Source: Somniosus microcephalus (lineage: Eukaryota). From it: 64,000 bases of DNA. Shown here piece after piece: positions 1-11,450 of the stretch. The translations under genes and the position numbers were made by a program. Each line of letters starts with the position of its first letter. Position 1 is the first letter of the stretch. The stretch covers positions 195,486,001-195,550,000 of the forward strand of contig CM126209.1 of assembly GCA_052327205.1 (NCBI GenBank), in the 5' to 3' direction. The notes beneath the pieces are model-generated. The model saw only the letters and a program-made list of their open reading frames with translations, searched no databases and had not been told where the DNA came from.

Positions 1-214
1 CCACCATCAGAACAAAGCTGCACCACCTTCTCCCTCGCTCTCAGACAGTAGCGATTTTCAGAAGGGAATGTCCATCCAAGCACTCAACAACTCACCAGCC
101 CTTTAAACCCCCAAAAGGCTGCACCAACTTTCATCGACCGAGTGAACAAGTTTGAACCAGTCGTGCAAACTATTCCCAGTGGGACTGTGATCTCAGAGTA
201 ACAGATATTGGAAT

Positions 215-650
215 GATACAAGGGATGAGAGACTTCAGTTATGTGGAGAGACTGGAGAAGCTGGGGTTGTTCTCCTTAGAGCAGCAAAGGTAAAGAGATT
301 TAAACAGTTTTGATAGAGTAAATAAGGAGAAACTGTTTCCATTGACAGAAGGGTCAGTAACAAGAGGATACATATTTAAGGTGGTGGCAAAACAACCAGA
401 GGTGACATGAGGAAAACATTTTTATGCAGCGAGTTGTGATTTGAATGCGCTGCCTGAAAGGGCGGTGGAAGCAGGTTCAGTAGTAACTTTCAAAAGGGAA
501 TTGGATAAATACTTGAAGGGAAGACAATTACAGGACTATGGGGAAAAGAGCTGGGGCGTGGGATTAATTGGATAGCTGTACCAAAGAGCCGGCACAGGCT
601 TGATGAGCTGAATGGCATCCTTCTGTGCTGTATCATTCTATGATTCTATG
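215..650 (+). mobile_element. CR1 LINE 3' fragment
   Basis: ORF2 C-terminal-like sequence (ERLEKLGLFSLEQ), 3' UTR and (ATTCTATG)2 tail; start approximate. Confidence 0.8.
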
Positions 651-2482
651 AAAGCTTTTATAGATATGTGAAGAGAAAAAGATTGGTGAAGTCAAGCGTA
701 GGTCCCTTGCAGTCAGAATCAGGGGAATTTATAATGGGGAACAAAGAAATGGCAGACCAACTAAATTCATACTTTGGTTCTGTCTTCACAAAGGAGGACA
801 CAAATAACCTCCCAGAGATGCCGGGGAACATAGGGCCTGATGAAAGGGTGGAACTGAAAGAAATCAGTATTTGCAGGGAAATGGTGTTAGGAAAATTGAT
901 GGGACTGAAGGCTGATAAATCCCCAGGGCCTGATAATCTACATCCCAGGGTACTTAAGGAAGTGGCCCTAGAAATAGTAGATGCATTGCTGATCATCTTC
1001 CAACATTCGATGGAATCTGGAACAGTACCCATGGATTGGAGGGTAGCTAATGTTACCCCACTATTCAAAAAAGGTGGTAGAGAAAAAGCGGAGAATTATA
1101 GCCTGACATCGGTAGTGGGGAAAATGCTAGAATCTATTATAAAAGATGTAATAGCAGAGCACTTGGTAAGCAGTGACAGGATCGGACAAAGTCGACATGG
1201 ATTTACAAAAGGTAAATCATGCTTGACTAATCTACTGGAATTTTTTGAGGATGTAACTGGTAAAATAGATAAGGGAGAACCAGTGGATGTGGTGTATTTG
1301 GACTTTCAGAAGGCTTTTGATAAGGTCCCACATAAGAGATTAGCGTGCAAAATTAAGGCACATGGGATTGGGGGCAAGGTATTGACTTGGATAGAGAACT
1401 GGTTGGCGGACAGAAAGCAAAGAGTTGGAATAAACGGGTCGTTTTCCGAGCGGCAGGCAGTGACTAGCGGGGTACCGCAAGGATCGGTCCTAGGACCCCA
1501 GCTGTTCACAATATATATTAATGATCTGGACGAGGGAATTGAATGTAATATCTCCAAATTTGCAGACGACACAAAGCTGGGTGGGAGGGTAAGCTGTGAG
1601 GAGGATGTCGTGAAACTCCAGTACGATTTGGACAGATTGGGTGATTGGGCAGAAACATGGCAAATGCACTATAATGTGGATAAATGTGAGGTTATCCACT
1701 TTGGTGGCAAAAACAGGAAGGCAGATTATTATTTGAATGGTAATAGATTGGGAGAAGGGGCAGTGCAAAGAGACCTGGGTGTTCTTGTGCACCAGTTGCT
1801 GAAGGTAAGCATGCAGGTGCAGCAGGCGGTTAAGAAGGCAAATGGTATGTTGGCCTTCGTAGCAAGAGGGTTTGAGTACAGGAACAAGGAAGTCTTGCTG
1901 CAGTTGTACAGGGCCTTGGTGAGACCGCACCTTGAGTATTGTGTGCAGTTTTGGTCGCCTTACCTGAGGAAGGACGTTCTTGCCATGGAAGGAGTGCAGC
2001 GAAGATTCACCAGGCTGATACCTGGGATGGCAGGAATGACGTATGAGGAGAGATTGTGTCGATTGGGCTTATACTCACTGGAGTTTAGAAGATTGAGAGG
2101 GGATCTCATCAAAACCTATAAAATTCTGTCAGGCCTGGACAGACTAGATGCAGGAAGGATGTTTCTGATGGCCGGGGAGTCCAGAACCAGGGGTCATAGC
2201 CTAAGGATAAGAGGTAACCCACTTAGGACTGAAATGAGGAGGAATTTCTTCACCCAGAGTGGTGAACCTGTGGAATTCTCTGCCACAGAGGGCGGTGGAG
2301 GCCAGTTCATTAAATATATTCAAGAAAGAGTTGGATATATTTCTTAAGGCTAAAGGGATCAAGGGATATGGGGAGAAGGCAGGGACAGGGTACTGAATTT
2401 GGATGATCAGCCATGATCTCATTGAATGGCGGAGCAGGCTCGAAGGCCGGAATGGCCTACTCCTATCTTCTATGTTTCTATG
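651..2482 (+). mobile_element. 5'-truncated young CR1 LINE with nearly intact reverse transcriptase
   Basis: ORF 668-2347 with [37 protein letters not shown] and LEYCVQFWSP; small deletion after ENY and a late frameshift; TTCTATG tail. Confidence 0.95.
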
Positions 2483-4329
2483 AAGTGAAAATACAACTTT
2501 AATACAATGAATAACAACACAAACTGGCATCAATGAACAACAAGGCACAAAAAGAGAACTTCAAGAAAAATAAATGAGATCCAGACCCTTCTCTATGGAG
2601 CTGCATTATTGATCATCAACAGAACATGTGAAAAGTCAAGGTGCATCCATACTTTGCAAGATATAATGCAATCCCCATTGAAATTTATTAGTGCACTTTA
2701 AACTTTGAGATCGCCAAGGATAAGCAGGCCTGCATCAATGACAAAAGAAAAGGTGCAGTGTCAAACTTTACAATTGTTGCTAGATTAAACAAATTAATTG
2801 TTAAACTGCATTAATGTATATTGAACATTAATTAAAGACATATAGGCTCACATTAATGACAAATCAGAATAAGGGCAGTATCAAACTGTATACAGTGCAA
2901 GAAAAAAAATTCTCTGGAACTGTCGGAGCGCAATGAACCTTTATAATGGAACGTCCACAAGCAAACAGGCCAACCTAATTAACTCACAACAGAGAAGGTG
3001 AACAGTCATCCTTCATGCAGTTGAAAAGCAGCCCTCAGGAATAAAAGCAGGTGGACTCTGCATTAGACAGCCACTTACTCTTTCAAGACATTGCGCTTTC
3101 CTAGAGTGCTGAGACGAGACTTTTGTCCAAGTTCTCTCCGGTTGCATTTAACTGTCCTTGGGACCAGGAAGTGGTGAGGGGGAGGCTCGTGATGCTGGAC
3201 TGAAAGGTCATGGGGCTGAGGTGGCTCTTGACTCATGGCAGCTGGCTCCTGATGTGGAGCTACGGTTGGCTGCGTCTGTGGAGAGAGCGGTGAAGTCGGG
3301 TGTTGCCTGCCTTGTTCTACTGGCGTAGTGGTCTGAGTGAGACAAGGCCGGAGCCCTTGTAAGTGCTGCCATCCTGAAGCGTCGGCAGCATCAGGCACTT
3401 GCACTACAATCGTCGCCCTTCCACTTTTCCCTGGATCTGCGGCCCCGGTCATCAGCTGGATGTCTCCTGTGATTGCAGCCACCAAATCCTGGAAGTGCTG
3501 AGTCACTGCATTGGTCTACAACCAGAAAGCATGTGCCCTCCAATCTGTCCCCCATTGTAAATGCCACTACCTGGGTCGGTTCATGCAAAGCGGACACTGT
3601 CTCCACAATGTTGTTGCATATCAGAGCATATCCACAATGTTGTTGCCTATGGACTCTGAAGATGGTCCCCAGAGCACACTCATTCCTGTAATGCTCTTGG
3701 AACATGCATCTCTTAAGGTGTGCACCCATAACGCCTGGGTCCCATGACTTTTCAGTCCTCGGCTGCCTTCCACTCTGCCTCTGTGAAGGAGGGGCCACAT
3801 CCTTCTCCCACTTCTGACGTCCGCCAATGAGCTTACCTGGCTATATCTAACTGGCTTCACTGGTGGCTAGAACAGTTGAGCCAGGTGACTCGAATGCTGA
3901 AACGGAAGGGCTTGGGGAAGCCAAAAGAAATGTACTTTTTCCAACCTCCTGGAGCTCCACCTCACCTGCATTCTGGTGGTTTTATGGATCTGTAGTAATA
4001 AAAATCAAAAGGGGTAAAATGGTTAAGCAAGCCCCCCCTCAGGATGCAGTCTCCATTTTAAAAAGGGGTGGAAGGCTAGGTTGGTGAAACGCTGCAGAGG
4101 GCTACCATGGAGATATCCGGTGTTTAGGTACTCGCCTCCCAGCCGCATGATGCCACTGACCTCTGCTTCCGTCACTGCCACAGTGACATGCTGAAGATAA
4201 AAGAAATAGGAGATGAGAATACAGGTCAGACCAAAGTAATCAGCAAGGGTAACAAACGGCCAGGGAGCAAATATATAGCTATAAAACAATGATAAAAGGA
4301 CTGTTTAAAAACAAATAAATAAATAAAGT

Positions 4330-6370
4330 AAAAGGAAACAACTATTAAAGGCAAATTACACAGCATCCAAAATAAAATTGGGGAACTGGAGGCAATAATC
4401 TGTAGCGAGGAACCAGATGTAGTCGGAATAACTGAAACATGGCTACATAAAGAACTGAGCTGGCAGCTAAATATTGCAGGTTATAACATATCAGAAAGGA
4501 TGGGGAAGGAAGAAGGGGCATGGGTTAGCTGTACTAATTTAGAGATAACTGGCAGTAGAATAAAGGGACATAACTAACAGAAGGTTAGAAACAGCATCCA
4601 TATGAATTGAAATAAAAGATGAGGGATCGATCATGCTAATACAGACCACCCAATAGTGGAAAGGGGTGGAGGAAGAAATACAAAAGCAAATATGTAAAAT
4701 GAGTAATGGACATCGAATAACAATCACGGGAATTTTTAACTGGCAAGAGGAGGTGGCGAAATGGGTACAGAGAATGGAGTTTTTACAATTTGTGCAGGAC
4801 TCCTTTCTTACACAGTTTTTAAAAATCCCAACAAGAGATGGAGCACTGCTGGATCTAGTAATAATGGGAAATAAACCAGAACCGATCAGAGAAGTAAGCG
4901 TAGGGGACCATTTGGGCAATAGCGATAACAACATAATAAGGTTTCAGATCAAGCTTGAGAAGGTCATAAGTAAGACAACAAAGTAATACACTGAGGGGGA
5001 AAAAATTATTATAAGGGGATGAGAATAGAACTACGGAAAATAAATTGGAAAAGTTTACCGCCCAACAAAAAAAAGCAGTGGGAAACATTTAAAATGGTAA
5101 TCAGTAGAGTCAAGGAGAAATATAACTCGCTAAAAAGCAAGAACAAACTAGCCAGTAATGATATGCCATGGATGAATAAAGAAATAATAGCACAATTGAA
5201 ACTAAAGAAAAAGACATACACTGAGTACCTAGACAACAAATGCGAGGATGACGAAAGGGAATACGAAAAGGTTGGGAAAGAAGTCACTATTACATATAAA
5301 ACTTCATTATAAAAGGGAGTAGTGCCTGAGGACTGGCGAACAACTAATGTCATTCCTATATTTAAAAAGGGAGATAGAACAAATCCAGGGAACTATAGAC
5401 GAATTAGCTTAATGTCGGTGGTAGGAAAGATAATGGAATCCTCACTGAAAGATGGAATAGAAAAACATCTAGAAACTGAAAATATAATGGAGTAGTCAGC
5501 ACAGATTACAAAAGAGAAGGTTGTGCTTGACCAACCTTATTGAATTCTTTGAAAAAGTAACAAAGGGTAGGTGAGGGTATTGTAGTAGACGTAATATATT
5601 TGGATTTCCAAAAGGCCTTCATAATAGACTCATGACTAAGGTCAGAACGTGGAGTCAGGGACAAGTACCAGAATGAATAGTAAGCTGGTTACAAAACAAA
5701 CAGAGTAGGGGTTAAAGGTAGTTACTCAGACTGTTCTACAAGGATTGGTGCTGGCGGCCACTGTTGTTCACCATTTCCATAAACGTTTTGGACTTGAGAA
5801 TCAGAAGTGCAATATCAAAATTTGCGGATGGCACGAAATTAGGGGGTTAATACAGAGGAGGACTGCAACAAAATACAGGACGATATTAATAAACTTCCAG
5901 AATGGGTATGAATTGGCAATTTAACTTCAATGTAGGCAAGTGTGAAGTGGTGCATTTTGGTAGAAATAATAAGTAGGCCACTTATGCCTTGGGGGGCGGG
6001 GGTGTCTAAATGGAGTAGAGGAGCCGAGGGATCTGGGGGTACAGATACACATCATTAAAAGCAGTGCCACACATTAATAAGGCCATAAAAAGCACTGGGG
6101 TTTATTTCTAGAGGGATAGAATTTAAAAGCAGAGAAGTTATGTTAAACTTGTATAGATCACACTTGGGAGTACTGTGAACAGTTCTGGTCTTCATATTAT
6201 AAAAAGGATATGGAAGCACCGGAGAAGGTACAAAAAAGATTTACTAGAATGAGACCAGAACTGAGAAGTTATATCTATCAGCAAAGATTGAACAGACACT
6301 TTTCTCTAGAAAAGTGAAGACTGAGGGGTGACCTGATGGAGGCCTTTAAGATTATGGAAGGGTTTGATAG
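4330..6370 (+). mobile_element. Old degenerate CR1 LINE (endonuclease to RT, internal deletions)
   Basis: Remnants GITETWL, ALLDLVI..GDHLGNSDNNII, DFQKAF and SKFADGTKL with many stops; ends approximate. Confidence 0.85.
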
Positions 6371-6664
6371 AACCAATGTCTCTTTGACATTGTGCATCAA
6401 CTTGTTCTGCAAAGAGTAAAGAGAATGCAGGTGAGGCTTGCAGTTGATCACTACATCAGGTGTCACCATAGTGGTGGTGTGTGAGAGGTGAAGGTGTGTG
6501 TTTTCCTGTCTGATTCGGGAGCTGTGTAGGTATGTACTCTGCAGGATTGGGTGATCGAGGTGCACTTATACCGAGTGCAGTCTCAAGTGTCTATTGTGTG
6601 TGTGCTGCTTTGAGAGTTGAATGTGGTAGTGTCCAGGGTTGGCAAAAAATAAACTGATGCTTAC

Positions 6665-6751
6665 CTTTCCAGCTCTGGTCAGGTTGTTAAACTACTTGCG
6701 GTACTTATCTGAGATCCTGGCAGTCACAGATTGTGCCACCTCCCTCTAGGC
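6665..6751 (-). pseudogene. Degenerate Harbinger Myb/SANT exon remnant
   Basis: Reverse strand reads A*REVAQSVTARISDKYRK*FNNLTRAGK|gtaag; aligns with AWREVSQ...QCRKKFNDLTPVIR|gtgag of the 37.3-kb element, with the same intron position. Confidence 0.6.
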
Positions 6752-7114
6752 TCCATGACTGGCAGAAAATTCGGGGCCATTATTTTGAAATTTGTTGTTT
6801 TGGTGTAAGCGGAGCTAGTAGTACTTGCTCCTTCCGTACCCACTTAAAAAAAAAAGTCTTTATTAATTGATAATGAATTAAAAACAGTCCAAGATACTGC
6901 ATTGCTGTGACCGAATGGGAGCTTTTAATACCAGATTTTTGAGGTTCAGCTGTGCTTGCAAACTGAAGTTAGTACTCTAATCACGTGGTTCACATTCTTT
7001 GTAATTGTGAAAAAGTTAAATTGGGATTGAATTTAGTGAATTGAAACTGGAATTAAACACTTGGGATTTCAAGTTATGATTAAACAGAATACTTTTGATA
7101 TCTGGTGATCAACA

Positions 7115-8720
7115 AGGGGGAAAGAAAGGGCTAGAGCTCCCTGGATGACTCAAGAAATGGAGATTAAAAATGAAATAGAAAAAGGAGGCTTATGATAAAT
7201 GTCAGGCTCATGATACAGAAAGTACAGAGAACTGAAAAAGGAAATAAGTGTGGCAAGGAGAGTGTATGAGAATAGATTAGCAGGTAGCATAAAAGGGAAT
7301 ATAAAAGTCTTTTATAAACATATATAAAAGAGCTAGTCAAAGGAAGGGTGGGGGCGATTAGGGACCTAAAAGGAGATCATCTTGTGGAGGCAGAGGGCAT
7401 GGCTGAGGCACTAAATGAGCACTTTACATCTGTCTTCACTAAGGAAGATGATGCTGTCAGTATCAGTGAAGGAGGAGGTAGTAGAGAAATTGGATAGGGT
7501 AAAAATAAAGAGATACTTAAAAGATTGGCAGCGCTCAAAGTTTAAAGAAGAGTGGCATTGGAGGACTGGAAATATTGTACCCCTGTTCAAAAAAGGGAGA
7601 GGAATAAACCTGGCAACGACAGGCCAGTCAGCCTAACGTCAGTGGTGGGGAAACTTTTACAGACAATAATCCGAGTCAAAATTTAATTGTCACTTGGAAA
7701 AATATGTAGTGGTGAGCAGTTGTTTTTCAGACTGGAGGGATGTGTGCTGGTGCCACCCATGGGTATTGGGACCACTGCTCTTTTTTGATATATATTACTG
7801 ACTTGACTTGGGTATACAGGGCATAATTTTAAAGCTTACAGATATCATGGAACTCAAATAATGTAAACAGTGAGGTGGATAGTAACAGACTTCAGGAGGA
7901 CATAGACAGACTGGTGAAAAGGGCAGACACATGGCGGATACAATTTATCGCAGAGAAGTGTGTAGCGATGCATTTTGGTAGAAAAAATGAAGTAATATAA
8001 ACTAAATGGTACCATTTTAAAGGGGGTGCAGGAACAGTGAGACCTTGGGGTGTACATACTAAAATCTTTGAAGGTGGCAGGACAAGTTGCAAAGGCTGTT
8101 TAAAAAAAAAAAACATCTGGGATCCTTGGTTTTATAAACAGAGGCATAGAGTACAAAAGCAAAGAGGTTATGTTAAACTTTTATAAATCATTGGTTAGGC
8201 CCCAGCTGGAATACTGTGTCCCATTCTGGGCACCACACTTCAGTAAGGATGTCAAGACCTCCAGCGGAGGTGTGGAGGAGATTTACCAGAATGGTACCAG
8301 GGATGTGCGAGTTCAGTTATGTAGAGACTAGGGAAGCTGGGGTTTTCTCCTTAGAGCAGAGAAGGTTAAGAGAAGATTTAATCAAGGCGTTCAAAATCAT
8401 GAAGGGTTTTGATAGAGTAAATAAGGATAAACTGTTTCCAGTAGCAGAAGGGTCGGTAACCAGAGGACTCCAATTTAAGGTAATTGGCAAAAGAACCAGA
8501 GGCGAGAGAATTTTTTTTGTGCAGAGGGTTGTTACGATCTGGAATGCACTGCCTGAAAGGGTGGTGGAATCAGACTCTCTAATAACTTTCAAAAGGGAAT
8601 TAGATAAATATTTGAAGAGGGAAAAATTGCAGGGTTATGGGGATAGGGCAGGGGAATGGGACTAATTGGATTGCTCTTTCAAAGGACTGGCACAGGCACG
8701 ATGGGCCTGTATCATTCTAT
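7115..8720 (+). mobile_element. Old degenerate CR1 LINE 3' half
   Basis: WRTGNIVPLFKKG, RRFTRMVPGM and FVQRVVTIWNALP; ATCATTCTAT tail; ends approximate. Confidence 0.85.
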
Positions 8721-8867
8721 CAAAATTTAAGCTTTGGTAAAGATTAGAATCTTGCTTTGAATGGTCTGAATTCCATCTGAAGCTAGGTATTGCTTACAGA
8801 CAAGAGTATAAGTTTATATATCTAGTGCTCTGTTATTGTGCAATTGAATTGTTTAATTTTATTTCAG

Positions 8868-8970
8868 GCTCCCAGGGTACCGGTGCAAGCACTCGCCATG
8901 GTAGTTCCACCCCAGGAACCTGACCAGTCTCCAGCGAATGTTGGAGCTACGCTTTCTGTCATTAATAAAG
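8868..8970 (+). CDS. ANKHD1: ANKHD1 internal exon (APRVPVQALAMVVPPQEPD...INK), phase 0-1
   Basis: ttttatttcag acceptor and AAG|gtgagt donor; 103 nt; peptide matches the MASK-family motif LAMVVPPQEPD. Confidence 0.93.
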
Positions 8971-10849
8971 GTGAGTTTTTTTTGTTTGTTTTTATTGGTT
9001 GAGGGAGGAAGTTAATGTGCTTTCCTGTGGATTATAAATATATAGTTTCCTTCCCAATTCCCACCCATTAGGGACCTGAGTCTCAAAGAAACAACAATGA
9101 AGGAAGCATGAAGGAACATGTAGGAAATAAAATTTGTATCTAACAACCCCATTTGTTTGTTAATGGGGTTAAGCACATAGTTTCATATGAAGCACGTTTA
9201 GTTTTGCAATTTGTCTTTTTTGCATGATTTATTTAAGATCCATGTTTTAAGTAACTAAAGGAGTTTGAATGCTATTTGTGTCCCTCAAAAATAAGATTTT
9301 CTGCCTGCTAATATGGTTTCATGGACTTTTCATAGACTGTCACCTAGCTAACAGTAGGATGACTGGTTTGGACAGATTTCATGTCTGATTCCTAAAAGTG
9401 GGGTGGTAGGGGTGAACATTTTAATGGTCTTGGAGATCAGTGTTAGAAACTGCCAACTTATCTTGCCTTTTTGAGGCTAGGAAATAGAGAGGCATACATT
9501 TTGTTTGCTTTTTATGAAGATGATCTCTTACGGTATTGGTAGATTTACCTGGGGTACAATGTGCTTCACTCACCATGTTGAACAATGGGTTAACCAGTGC
9601 ACTATATGGTGGATGTCTCTAAGAGCAATATTATGACTTTGAGGTGACTGCCCCACTTTCTTTGATATCGGTACTGGGGCGCTGATGGATGCTAACTTAG
9701 ATTGGACTGTATTGAGAAGGAGCCAAGGTGTTTGATCTAATTTTTAATGACCTCAAAATCTCAATGCAAGTAAAGCTCGTGTGAGGTGTGTCCAAAAAGT
9801 TTTCTGTCATGTTTTCAAACCCCTATGCATGTAAAGGGAAGGTTTCCTTTGGTCCACATGAGAGATCCAGGACTGAGCCGTGGGGTGAATTTGTGGCAAA
9901 AGGGAGATACAGTTGCATGAAGGAGGCTCTGGCCTATATTCAGCACCTTGGAGGCGGACTCATCCTTATTGCAGACAGTTCCCTGCCAAAACTACCAAAT
10001 GAAGACCTAGATTGAGCAGTTGGTGATGAGGCAGCCTGGTACATAGTATTGGATTTAGATGCCTACAACATCAAGGTGGTATGTATGTTGCCAGCTGTCC
10101 TACTTAGTTCCCTCCACCATGCTGAATGCTAATGTCTAGTTAAGGAGGAAACAGACCTCCACCATCTTTAATAGTCTTCTCTCAATCCATCTCTTCAACC
10201 AAACTTTAATCACCTCTATCTTCTTGGCTTGGCTTCCATTTTCATACAACCACCTGTGAAGCACTTTGGAACATTTCATTACATTAAAGACGCTATACAA
10301 ATTTTAGTTTCTGTTGACAGCTGCTAGGAAGTGTTGTATGGAAGAGGGCTCTGAGACCCCACACTTGTATATATTCAAGATTCATACCTACTATGATTAT
10401 GTTGAAGAGAGGCAAGCAGTTATCACTGAAGCTCGGCACCTCAGACTGAGGTATGGTGTTCATGCTATGATCAGGAAAACAATGGCATTATATGGTCAGT
10501 TTTGCTGCTCACCATGCTGTTTCTGAGTAATTCCTAGGGAGGGCTCAAACCTGTGCTTGTCAGGTAGTGATCAACCAAAGACAATCCTCCTTTGAAGGGC
10601 TGTAAGGAGAGATGCTAAGTAGGATGTCTTTAGCGCCAAGATGATGATTCTCATGATGGAAAAATGGGAAGGGATCAACCTTCCATGACTGACTTGGTAA
10701 TCCGATTAATTTGCGGTTGGCACTGCTGATGCTCGACCAGCAAACTTGTTTACTCGGAAACCTGGAGTGGGGGTAGACCTGTTGATGAGGGCAGGGATTC
10801 AGCTTCACAACACTACAAGATGTTGCCCTAACTGGACACTGTTCCTTAC

Positions 10850-11450
10850 TTTACAGGCAGTGAGAAACGTGCCATGCTCTGTGGTTAAATTCCTGGGAAA
10901 TGTTTAGGCTAAGAGGAAAGAAGGGGAGGGCCTCCAGATTCATGCCAAACACCTGCCAAAGTTCTCTGCATTTAGGTAAATGTAATGTGTCCCAACATGG
11001 AGAGTACTCAGTCATATCATGTGAACAGAAATGCTGCCTGAGTGGATTTCTTAGCATGGTTTAGAGACGTATTCCTGGCGATGGGTTTGTGTATGTCAAG
11101 GCACCAGCCACCAAAAAAAATTGGAAATTTCCCTAGATTAATAGAGTCCTAGAAATATTGTGCCGTCTAAATACACACTCAAACGTGGGGAAAGGCATGT
11201 TCCCAAGAATGTCTTGAAGTATATAGGACCAGGTACAATGTTTTTTGAGGTAAGGACGAGAGAAAAATATGAGTGGATATTAGTATTTGCAGATGTCTTA
11301 ATGCCAGCTGCTGTCTTTTTGGCATGCTTCAGTATCTGAACACATCCTATTAGACTCTACAGTGACAGCTACCCATCTTCACATCCCAAGGTATCCACCA
11401 ACTAGGGGCTCCTCAGCGAGATAAGTGAGGGCTGAAGGCACTATACGCTC
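10850..11450 (-). mobile_element. Possible highly decayed tyrosine-recombinase (DIRS/Ngaro/Crypton-like) remnant
   Basis: Ordered minus-strand peptides PWDVK, KKTA, RLSVYLDGT, HKPIARNT and SHDMT resemble YR blocks, but are scattered across frames. Confidence 0.3.

Noticed and set aside
658-2548. Antisense ORFs over CR1 copies (also 59294-61389 on +)
   Set aside because: Shadow frames of CR1 ORF2, repeated in each copy, with no independent coding evidence
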